Both the position numbers and the translations under genes were made by a program. Positions 49,138 through 57,905 of a DNA stretch of 64,000 nucleotides are shown here, piece by piece (position 1 is the stretch's first letter; each line of letters opens with the position of its first letter). The notes beneath the pieces are model-generated. The model searched no databases, had not been told where the DNA came from, and saw only the letters and a list, made by a program, of their open reading frames with translations. This DNA comes from an uncultured Verrucomicrobiae bacterium (lineage in GTDB: Bacteria > Verrucomicrobiota > Verrucomicrobiia > Chthoniobacterales > JAFAMB01). The DNA lies in NCBI GenBank assembly GCA_963813025.1, contig CAWEXO010000009.1, forward strand, positions 1 to 64,000. The letters are read 5' to 3'.

Positions 49138-49201
49138 ACAGGTGAAGAATTGTTTGCGCCAAGATTTAGAGCTTCGCTCTCAATATCAGTGGTTTTTGGG
49201 T

Positions 49202-49332
49202 CGGTAGGGCGATCCGCCTTTGCGGATGAGCCTTCGGCCCGACTCGTTTTGAGCCGGACGCTGGAGTTGCCACCTCCAGCGCCCGGCTCAAACAAGTTCT
49301 CGCCAAGGCTCGAATAAATTTTCGCCCTACCG
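49202..49332. repeat. Nested palindrome / GTAG REP doublet between convergent genes
   Basis: CGGTAGGGCGA / TCGCCCTACCG outer arms; GAGCCTT / AAGGCTC; inner 19-bp stem TTTGAGCCGGACGCTGGAG / CTCCAGCGCCCGGCTCAAA with 1 mismatch. Confidence 0.85.
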
Positions 49333-49387
49333 GCACAGCTCCGACACCAAGTTTCTGGGCCGATATTTCTGTTGGGTCTTAGGTGCT

Positions 49388-50515
49388 TCAGATTTCCAGT
49401 TCCTTGGGGAAGCTGGAGAGGACGCGAAACCCACTTTCGGCCACTACGCCGTCATCCTCCTGTCGAACCCCTCCCACACCCGGTAGATAGAGCCCAGGCT
49501 CAACCGTGAGTGCCTGACCTTTTTTGAATTCTGTCATCGCAATTCTGGGTAGCTCATGGAGATCCAGACCCAATCCGTGTCCAAGCCCGTGAAAAAAACC
49601 GGTCCAGCGACCGTTCCGGATCTCGGTCGGATAACCAACGTCCCGGAAAAACGTGGAAACCTTTTCTTGCAGTTCTTTGCCCGACTGACCGATACGGATC
49701 CCGTCCAACGCAAGCTTTTGTCCCTCCCAAACAGTGTGCCACAGTTTGCGTTGCGCCTCGCTCGCCCGACCGCGAACAACGGTGCGGGTAAGATCGCCAT
49801 AATAGCCGGTCTTCGGATCTCGCGGAAAAATATCCAGGAGGATCAGTGAGTTAGCGCGAAGCGGCCCGCTGCCTCGCTCGTGAGGATCACACGCCTGGTT
49901 GCCGCCAGCCACAATCGTGTCCGCCGGCTCCCCGCCGGCGCGGAGAATAGCTGTGTCGATTTCCGTCCGAAGAATTTCTGAGGTCAATCGTTTGCCAGAC
50001 CAGCTCAGTTGTCGTCCAGGCCAGATTAAACAGGCCCGCAGCACCTCAAGCCCTCGGGCCAAACCGATTTCCGTTATTCGGATGGCGTGTTGGATTGACC
50101 GAATCTCTTCGACCGACTTGGACTCGCGTTCGGGCCAGAATAAACCGTCGACCGGGGTCAGCTGAACACCCGCATCCGCGAGCTGGCGAGCCAAACCCAG
50201 CGGAAAATTTTCTGGCACAAGCGCGTTTTTCACCCGGCGCTTGCGCAGAAAAACTGTGAGAATCTGGCCAATCGATGGTTTCTTTTTCAGCCGCTCCTCG
50301 AGCGGTTTCTCCAGAGTGTCGAGCGCGACCACCTCGTCAACGGCCGCCTCCCGCCGTCCACGATCAACCTCCAGCTTACTCAGAATGATCGTCCGTCGCC
50401 CATTCTGTTGCAGGAAGACGAAAGGATCAGGCACCGAGATTTTCGTGACATAGAACATATCAGCCGATTCGTTGCTTGCGGCATAAATCAGGCGGGGCGG
50501 AGGGTTGGCAGGCAT
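49388..50515 (-). CDS. Xaa-Pro aminopeptidase (M24 family)
   Basis: DPH, GYYGDLTRT, HGLGHGLGLDLHELP, TVEPGLY, GGVRQED. Confidence 0.95.
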   Translation of the reverse strand: MPANPPPRLIYAASNESADMFYVTKISVPDPFVFLQQNGRRTIILSKLEVDRGRREAAVDEVVALDTLEKPLEERLKKKPSIGQILTVFLRKRRVKNALVPENFPLGLARQLADAGVQLTPVDGLFWPERESKSVEEIRSIQHAIRITEIGLARGLEVLRACLIWPGRQLSWSGKRLTSEILRTEIDTAILRAGGEPADTIVAGGNQACDPHERGSGPLRANSLILLDIFPRDPKTGYYGDLTRTVVRGRASEAQRKLWHTVWEGQKLALDGIRIGQSGKELQEKVSTFFRDVGYPTEIRNGRWTGFFHGLGHGLGLDLHELPRIAMTEFKKGQALTVEPGLYLPGVGGVRQEDDGVVAESGFRVLSSFPKELEI

Positions 50516-50526
50516 GGATTTTGAGA

Positions 50527-50565
50527 GTCAGTGATAGTGCCAGTGTCAGTGATAGTGAGTGCCAG
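50527..50565 (-). repeat. CACTGR-type hexamer tract upstream of the M24 gene
   Basis: Plus strand GTCAGTGATAGTGCCAGTGTCAGTGATAGTGAGTGCCAG. Confidence 0.75.
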
Positions 50566-50843
50566 GGCGGAGTTCAAGGAGTTCAACAACCTCTGTTTGG
50601 TCAAAGAACCAGCTTGTCTCGCAACATCCAAGGCCGGTAGGCGGCAGCTTGCGATCTGGACGAGCAGGCCGCCTTCGCAAGGCTACGGCGGGCCCTCCGG
50701 TCAGGTGTTTGTGCCATTCCATATCCGGGGCCGCGATGGAGGCTTGTCCCTAGTCGGGAGCTCATCTCTACCGCAGCCCGTCGTTATGGCGCCAGCGCTC
50801 TTTTCTGCTTCCTGAGCATCCCACTCCGCGCTAAACGGATATC

Positions 50844-51638
50844 ATGAACCTTGGTTTGAAAGATAAAGTGGCGGTAATCACCGGGGGCGGTGTTGGCATT
50901 GGACTAGCCGTGGCGGAAGCCCTCGCGGCCGAAGGTGTTCATCTCGTGTTAGTCGCCCGAACCGCGGATCGCGTTTCTGAGCAGGCAAGCCGGCTGGCCA
51001 AGCAATTTGGCGTGCAGTCGCTGAGCGTGGCCGCCGACGTATCAAGAGTCGAGGACATCGATCGCCTCGTCGCTGAAACGATTAGGCAATTCGGGAGCGG
51101 CATCGACATCCTGATCAATAACGCGGGCACGGGAAGCAACGAAACGGTCATGGAAGCGCCTGACTCAAAATGGCAGTACTATTGGGATCTGCATGTGATG
51201 GCCGCAGTTCGTCTGGCGCGTGGTCTGGTACCGGCGATGCGCCGTCGCGGAGGCGGAGTGATCCTGCACAACGCATCGATCTGCGCCGTCCAACCGCTGT
51301 GGTATGAACCGATCTATAATGTGACCAAGGCAGCATTAATGATGTTTTCAAAGACGCTGGCAAACGAGCTAATCAAAGAGAATATCCGGGTGAACTGTAT
51401 TAATCCGGGTTTGATTTTGACTCCGGACTGGATCAAGACGGCAAAACAGCTTACGGCCGACAAGGGAGGTGATTGGGAAGGGTATCTTGCTTCCGTCGCC
51501 CGCGAGCATGCGCCGATCGATCGATTCGGCACACCCGAGGAACTTGCCAATTTCTTTGTTTTTCTTTGTTCCAGCCGGGCCAGCTACTCGGTTGGCTCGA
51601 CCTACTTCGTGGACGGCGGAATGTTGAAGGTGGTCTGA
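50844..51638 (+). CDS. SDR-family oxidoreductase
   Basis: TGGGVGIG, NNAG, YNVTK, IRVNCINPG, VDGG. Confidence 0.96.
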   Translation: MNLGLKDKVAVITGGGVGIGLAVAEALAAEGVHLVLVARTADRVSEQASRLAKQFGVQSLSVAADVSRVEDIDRLVAETIRQFGSGIDILINNAGTGSNETVMEAPDSKWQYYWDLHVMAAVRLARGLVPAMRRRGGGVILHNASICAVQPLWYEPIYNVTKAALMMFSKTLANELIKENIRVNCINPGLILTPDWIKTAKQLTADKGGDWEGYLASVAREHAPIDRFGTPEELANFFVFLCSSRASYSVGSTYFVDGGMLKVV

Positions 51639-52406
51639 GGAAAGCGGAGGGAGCGGCGGGAGCGGGTTCAGCGGACGGAGGTAGCGCATGAGCTGGGAAG
51701 CTGAAAGCAGGTCCTACCTCAAAGTTGCGAACTGTTCGTTAACAAGCTACTTCCCTGGGCTACGCAAAAGCCAAGCTTTTTGGCCCTCTAGGAATCAGCG
51801 ATGTGTCCTGGCGGCACGATCCTCAGGGAATTTCGGTCGGGGGGTTCGGATTGTACTTGGAGCCTCGCGACATGGCTAAGATTGGCTATCTGTACCTGCG
51901 CAATGGCGCGTGGGAAGGTAAGCAACTGCTTCCGCCCGCTTGGATTGATAAGGTGACCCACGCCACGATTGATATGCACGTCCCTGGGGAGACGGAACCT
52001 CCCCTGTATTCCAACCTTTTCTGGGTTCTCCCGGAGAAACACGTCTACTTGGCAAACGGGGCCTATGGGCAGAGAATCATGGTCTTTCCCGATTTGGACG
52101 TTGTGGCGGCAACGACGGGCCGGGATTTTTGCTCACTGAGCGAATTGGTCGACTATATTTCCAGCTCGGTGAAATCGGACACGGCGCTCCCTGCTGACGC
52201 AGCCGGCGCGACTCTGCTCGCAAACAAAATACGCGCTGTCTCCATCGAGAAGCCGACGGACGTCGGACCGCAACCGAAGATGGCGGCGAACATCTCAGGA
52301 AAGGTCTATAGATTTCCTCCTAACGAAATAAACGTGAAGTCGCTGTCTCTCACCTTGGCCGATCCGCAGCCACATTACGAGCTAGCTAAAGCCTGTTGCG
52401 AAATGG

Positions 52407-52775
52407 TTAAATTTTTTTCGCCTTGGTCGCGATGAGTCGCTCCTTGTTTAAGGAGGCAAGTTCGCGCAAACGATCCTGAAGTTGAGACCAAGCGTCGACT
52501 CCCAGCCGGATTTGAGCCTCTAGAGGGTGGGGAACATAGTAGCCGGTGGTTTTTCCGGTCTTTCCGCGATAGCTGATATATAAATGTGGACCGTGTTTAG
52601 GGCCGCCATGGTGGCAGCGGCAGTCTGGATTTCCACATCGGCGATAAGTCTCAGATAACGATCCGTAAATGGCCGCCTGTGCCAATTGCCTGATCTGCCT
52701 GAGCAGTTGCAGCCGGGCAGCCGAAGCTTGGTTTTTGGTCGTTGGCATCGCTTCACCCACTACGACAGCGCTCAT
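52407..52775 (-). CDS. DUF6788-like small protein carried inside the IS
   Basis: GSLSETYRRCGNPDCRCHHGGPKHGPHLY; its stop lies at the IR edge; alternative start at 52748. Confidence 0.8.
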   Translation of the reverse strand: MSAVVVGEAMPTTKNQASAARLQLLRQIRQLAQAAIYGSLSETYRRCGNPDCRCHHGGPKHGPHLYISYRGKTGKTTGYYVPHPLEAQIRLGVDAWSQLQDRLRELASLNKERLIATKAKKI

Positions 52776-54183
52776 TGCCGTTCTTCACACGGGCTCGACT
52801 CATCGCCACAAGATTATGGGCGATGATGCACCAGCCAACGTGTCTTTCAAATCCAATCTCACCTTTATAAAAGGCTCGCCGCATGCCAAAGCAGTGTTTG
52901 AGCGTACTCAGCCGCGCTTCAATGCCTGTTCTCCAGCCTTGGCCACGCCGAAACCAGCGCTGTTTCTGTCGCGCAGCCCGGGCAGCGCTTAAACGGCCGC
53001 GAGCCGGCAGAACCACTTGCTTGACTCCCAACTCGGGCCGCAGCCTTTTCGTTGGCACTGTTCCAGAAGCCTCGGTCAGCCGCAGCCAATCGAGGTGCTC
53101 GACCGAATAGCTCCACATGGGCTTCCAGCGCCGGCATCCACTGTTGCTGATCGCAGAGGTTGCCCGGGGCCACAGCATAATTGCTGACAAGGCCGTTTTC
53201 GACTTCGTCGATACGGACCAAGCGCCCAAATTCATTGGGCTTGTGAGCTTTGCCCTTGCGAATGACCACACTGTGGGGTTCAAAGAGGCTCAAGATTTTG
53301 TCCGGATGCCGTGTCTGTGCCTGGAAAATTCGCGCCCGACTCTGGGTGATGACTTTCTCAACCAGGGGCAGGTAATGTTGAGAGAAGCTTCTGCTGCAAG
53401 GACCTTTGAAGAAAGCTTCGTGCCGGGCCACTAATTGGCCATCCTTGAGAGCCTCAAGCACGGCTGCGGCCTGAGTCCTTACTCCTTGGGTCAGTCCAAT
53501 GAGCTTTTTATAGCTTTGCTTTAACTGCTCCTGGCCTGCCTGAGTAAAAGTCCGGGCCGCTCGGCCAATCTCCAACACTCGATATTTGGCCGCTCGGGCG
53601 TGATCGACAATGCGCAGCTCCGACTCGTGGCAACCCTCGGCGATGCGTTGCAAAGACCGGCTCATGACCCGCAGCGAATCAGCCAGCAACGAGCTGTCGG
53701 TTGGATGGTGAATATTGGTTTCTACGGCGGTGGTATCGGTGCGTAGCTTCTTTCCGGCAATGATGGTCGCCTCTTTGGCCTGCTGCACGATCCGCTGGTG
53801 GATCTGCTGGGTGCCTTCCTTGCCAAAGAGCGCAAAAGCCCGACACAGATTGCTAAAATCTGGAATCGGGTCCTCATAAAAGCGGGTGAAGCGTCGATAG
53901 AGAAGGCTGGCTCGCAGTTCGCGGTGCAGTTCGCGGTAGGACCAACCTTTGATGTGCTTAAGCACCACACAGCGCAGCAGCCGATCCGGAGCAATTCCTT
54001 CGCGGCCAACTTTGGTTGGAGCCTGGCGAGCGGCTCGCCAAAGCCTCGAGTGCTCAAAGCCAATAAGCCCGGATCCTCAAGCAGCCGATCAACTGCATCG
54101 AGCATCGGGTCAGTAATGGTGGCGGCTTCCTTAAAGAAAGCGAAAGCAAACAGAGAGGCTGGCCGAACAGTCTTACCGATCAC
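52753..54183 (-). pseudogene. DDE transposase with frameshifts
   Basis: LRTDTTAVETNIHHPTDSSLL, KILSLFEPH, GKAHKPNEFG, ADRGF and GIEARLSTLK over 3-4 frames. Confidence 0.9.
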
Positions 54184-54210
54184 TACCTAATCGATATAGT
54201 CGATTAGGTA
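54184..54210 (-). promoter_or_regulatory. Perfect 11-bp hairpin directly upstream of the transposase GTG
   Basis: TACCTAATCGA-tatag-TCGATTAGGTA. Confidence 0.7.
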
Positions 54211-54638
54211 ACTCTCGTGCAACAATAAAATCAAAATTTTTTTGACGAACTACTCGTTAGCCCTCCGCTGCCGCCACCCGTGGGGAAAAATCATTTCGCA
54301 ACAGCCTTTAGCTAGAGATATATAGCAATGACGCAACCAAATCCGGTCCCCGATTTTCGGGGCCGATCGGACTGGATGGACTCTATCGCAAGGGAGAACC
54401 AACCTACACTCAGGCGTTACCGATTCGTGGGGTCTATGCCCTCAAGGGGACTTGGGAAGACGCCCATACATTTGTGATGGACAGGCTAATCCTGGGGCAG
54501 GGACCACCTGAGCGATGGACCCTTATGTTCGACGGAGACAAGCTTACGGCCCTCGTCAAACAAGGCGGCCGGGAAATTTCTATCGACGGTCAGGCCGGCG
54601 GGTAGGCTTGCGTGTGCTGCCCTTTTATGCTCTCGGAA

Positions 54639-56681
54639 TCATTGCGGACGGATCATCCGTCCGTCGGACTGTCTGCGCTCGACGAACGCTCGCATTTTCG
54701 CGAAATGATGGCGCGCGTTTCCTTCGTTCGCCGGCCGGTTCACGTATGATTGATAGTCCAGCTGCTCGATGCAGGCCGGATCGAGATCTTTCAGAAATGA
54801 ACTAGGCGTGCAGGGTGTCGGCTTACCGTACTTGGATCGGCTGGCACAATGGCTGAGCATCAGTGAGCGGCGGGCGCGAGTGATACCGACGTACAGCAAT
54901 CGGCGCTCCTCGTCCAGCGCGCCTTCTGCCTTCGACCGATCATGCGGAAGAATTCCTTCTTCAATGCCCACCAAAAAGACATGATTGAACTCGAGGCCCT
55001 TGGCCGCGTGCAGGGTAATGAGATGAACGCTGTCCTGATCCGGATCCCGTTCCTCTTCGCGCTGATCGTCGAGGGCTGTTTCAGACAAAAACCCGCGGAG
55101 CCCGTCCGAGGAGCGTTGCTGATATTCCCGGAGAGACCGCACAACTTCGCGCACATTTTCCTCCCGGCTGAGCGCTTCCTCCGGCGTCTTGCTCAACCGC
55201 CGTAATTCGGACAGGTAACCGATTTCGGTCAATAAAGCTTCCAGCAAACCCGCGAGGTCAACGAGCGGCTCACTGGCTTTGGTTTCGTATCGATCGATCA
55301 ACTCGACAAAATCTTCAATCGCCGCGCGACCGCGCTTGCTCAGCAATCCGAGAAACCTGGGCGTCCGCAATGTTTCGAAAAAAGAGCGGGACGCGCTCTC
55401 CTTCAAGGCCAGCTCGACAGTCGACGCGCCGATTCCGCGTGCCGGCGTGTTGATCACCCGCAACAGGTTCAGGTCATCCTGCGGGTTCACCAGAGATTGC
55501 AGGTAGGCCAGGAGATCTTTCACTTCGCGTCGATCGAAAAAGCTCCGGCTGCCGATAAGCCGATAGGGAATCTGGGATCGTCGCAGCAGTTCCTCCAACA
55601 AGCGCGATTGGGCATTCATCCGAAATAGGACCGCCAAATCACCCCAGGCCGAGTTCTCCTGCAGCCGGCGGCGTTGGAGTTCATCGACGACCAACTCCGC
55701 TTCCTTCCGCTCGTCCGGTACCCCGACCAAACGCACTTTCTCGCCCTGACCAAGCTCGCTCCAAAGGGTTTTCAGGCGCCGTCGCGGGTTTTGCCGGATA
55801 AGGCTGTTGGCGATTCCGAGGATGGCGTTGGAACTACGATAGTTCTGTTCCAACTTGACGATCTTCGGCCCAGGAAAATGGCGTTCAAACTCCAGGATGT
55901 TGCTCACCTCAGCGCCTCGCCAGCCATAGATACTCTGGTCGTCATCGCCCACGACGCATACATTCCGATGGAGGCCGGCTAGGTGGCGAACCAAGTCGAG
56001 TTGCAGGCGGTTGGTGTCCTGAAATTCGTCAACCAGCAAAAAACTGAATCGGCTCTGCCACTTCTTTTGGAGAGCCGGAAATTCCTCCAGGAGACGAACG
56101 GCCAAAATCAATAGATCATCGAAATCAACGGCATTGAACGTCTTCAGATCGGCTTGGTAACCCTCCGCCACTGCCACAAGTAGATCGCTTTCCCCGCTCC
56201 CGGCGGTGTGGGCGGTCTCGATCGAAACGGAACCGCGATTTTTGAGGCGGCTGATGACATTGCGCGCCAGGTTCGGATCGAGCTTTTCATCCCGGCTGGA
56301 GATCCGGTTAATGACTTTTCGGATGAGTCCAAGCTGATCCCCTTCGCTATAGATCGAAAAGTTCGGCTTGTAGCCGAGATGACCGATGTCTTCACGAAGC
56401 AGGCGCACGCAGAGCGAGTGGAAGGTGCAGATGGTCAGCGCGCTGGCCTGTTTGCGATCGACTATCGAGGCGACACGGGTCCGCATCTCGGCGGCTGCTT
56501 TATTCGTGAAAGTCACCGCCAAAATCTGGCGGGCATCGATCCCTTCATGGAGCAGGTAAACGATCCGCATCGTGATTACGCGCGTCTTTCCGGTGCCCGC
56601 GCCGGCGAGAATCAGCAGTGGTCCGCCGATCGTGCGAACCGCTTCAGTCTGTTGGGCGTTAAGATCAAAAAGGCGCAGCAT
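54639..56681 (-). CDS. UvrD/Rep/PcrA SF1 helicase
   Basis: AGAGTGKT, TFTNKAA, DEFQDTN, VGDDDQSIY, LEQNYRS, KGLEF, EERRLLYVGITRA. Confidence 0.97.
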   Translation of the reverse strand: MLRLFDLNAQQTEAVRTIGGPLLILAGAGTGKTRVITMRIVYLLHEGIDARQILAVTFTNKAAAEMRTRVASIVDRKQASALTICTFHSLCVRLLREDIGHLGYKPNFSIYSEGDQLGLIRKVINRISSRDEKLDPNLARNVISRLKNRGSVSIETAHTAGSGESDLLVAVAEGYQADLKTFNAVDFDDLLILAVRLLEEFPALQKKWQSRFSFLLVDEFQDTNRLQLDLVRHLAGLHRNVCVVGDDDQSIYGWRGAEVSNILEFERHFPGPKIVKLEQNYRSSNAILGIANSLIRQNPRRRLKTLWSELGQGEKVRLVGVPDERKEAELVVDELQRRRLQENSAWGDLAVLFRMNAQSRLLEELLRRSQIPYRLIGSRSFFDRREVKDLLAYLQSLVNPQDDLNLLRVINTPARGIGASTVELALKESASRSFFETLRTPRFLGLLSKRGRAAIEDFVELIDRYETKASEPLVDLAGLLEALLTEIGYLSELRRLSKTPEEALSREENVREVVRSLREYQQRSSDGLRGFLSETALDDQREEERDPDQDSVHLITLHAAKGLEFNHVFLVGIEEGILPHDRSKAEGALDEERRLLYVGITRARRSLMLSHCASRSKYGKPTPCTPSSFLKDLDPACIEQLDYQSYVNRPANEGNARHHFAKMRAFVERRQSDGRMIRPQ

Positions 56682-56705
56682 TTGGAGTGCTAAACAGCTG
56701 CACTG

Positions 56706-56840
56706 ATGCCAAATGCCACAAGTCAAAAAATGCCACAAATGCCACAAACAAGGAATTGTTTCGAATGCCGATCGATAGCGCGAAGAAACGCCCTCTTCAT
56801 TGCTGGCATTTGTGGCATTTTTTGACTTGTAGCATTTGCA
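56706..56840. repeat. Inverted pair of TGTGGCATT-type repeats
   Basis: AAATGCCACAAGTCAAAAAATGCCACAAATGCCA pairs with TGGCATTTGTGGCATTTTTTGACTTGTAGCATTT (1 mismatch). Confidence 0.9.
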
Positions 56841-56864
56841 GAGCCGACAAGCCTGGAAGCTTGT

Positions 56865-57602
56865 CTACGCCGTTTTCAGCGCCTCGCTATAGCGTTGCTG
56901 TACGTAATCCCAGTTAATTACGTTCCAGAAAGCCTTGATGTATTCCGGCCGCCGATTCTGATGTTTGAGGTAATAGGAATGTTCCCAGACATCGATGCCC
57001 AGCAGCGGCGCTTCGTGCCCCGTTTTGTTTGAGATCGGAGTATCCTGGTTTGGCGTGGTCTCAATCTTCAATTTTCCGCTGTCCAAGACCAGCCATGCCC
57101 AGCCGCTGCCAAAGACCTTGGCCGCCGCTTCCGAGAGTTTCTGTTGAAAGGAAGGATAACCGCCAAAGGCATCATCGATTGCGTTGGCGAGGTCTCCCGA
57201 AGGCTTTCCCTCTTCGTTCTTCTTCAGCATAAGCCAGAAGAGCGAATGGTTGTAATGTCCGCCGGCGTTGTTCCGCACCGCTGTACGAATCTTCTCCGGC
57301 ACCTGATCAAGCTGGGTCAGCAGATCGTTCAGCGTCATTTGCTGGAACCTAGGATCTGCCGTGGCCAGGGCCTTGTTCAGGTTTTCGACATAAGCGGCAT
57401 GATGTTTATCATGATGAATCTCCATCGTTTTCGTATCGATGTAGGGTTCCAGGGCATCGTAGGGATAGCCCAGTTCGGGTACCTTGAAGGGATAGGTCTG
57501 GCTGGCGGTCGCCGTTTGTTCTGCCCGGATTATGGACGGATTCAAGGCTATCGCGCCGGCTGCCAAAGCAACCGTCTTAATGGCATCGCGTCGAGTGATC
57601 AT
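56865..57602 (-). CDS. sodA: Superoxide dismutase, Mn-type signature, Tat signal
   Basis: MITRRDAIK; HHDKHH, NNAGGHYNH, FGSGWAWL, NQD, DVWEHSYY. Confidence 0.93.
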   Translation of the reverse strand: MITRRDAIKTVALAAGAIALNPSIIRAEQTATASQTYPFKVPELGYPYDALEPYIDTKTMEIHHDKHHAAYVENLNKALATADPRFQQMTLNDLLTQLDQVPEKIRTAVRNNAGGHYNHSLFWLMLKKNEEGKPSGDLANAIDDAFGGYPSFQQKLSEAAAKVFGSGWAWLVLDSGKLKIETTPNQDTPISNKTGHEAPLLGIDVWEHSYYLKHQNRRPEYIKAFWNVINWDYVQQRYSEALKTA

Positions 57603-57905
57603 AAACCTAATAGCCGATAGTAAATCGCAAATCGCAAATTGCAGAGCGGAAGAAATAAGCCACGGCAGCCTGTTCGCTTGTTCCTCGCTCCAGACTGTCG
57701 AACGCAGAAACAGAGCCGGCCAGATTTGCCAAGCGGTGCCAACTTTCAAATTGAACAATCAAACTTATCTTAACGATATAGTGTTACCCGCGTCCTGACC
57801 GCGCCCTTTCAGCACGCATTGGTCATCGGCCACCGGCCATCGGTCATTATCACCGCTATTGGCGCTGGCGCGTGAACCCGCTTGCGCCTATAATTACGCC
57901 TTTTC

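Larger units (their letters stand above)
52386..54311 (-). mobile_element. Insertion sequence (IS5/IS1182-like or ISNCY DDE), ~1.93 kb, with CTAG target duplication
   Basis: IRs CTAAAGCCTGTTGCGAAATGGTT / revcomp CTAAAGGCTGTTGCGAAATGATT; CTAG at 52382-52385 and 54312-54315. Confidence 0.93.
51755..54605 (+). pseudogene. 5'-truncated serine hydrolase (beta-lactamase-like), split by an IS
   Basis: YAKAKLFGPLGISDV.W..DPQG..GGFGL..RDMAKIG. Removing the IS and one CTAG restores PHYELEIYSNDA...GQAGG* (TAG 54603-54605). The SxxK-bearing N-terminus is absent. Confidence 0.88.

Noticed and set aside
57724..57743. sigma54-like TTGGCACCGCTTGGCA upstream of sodA (minus strand)
   Set aside because: Spacing is GG-N9-GC, one base short of the strict requirement; only valid if there is an indel error.
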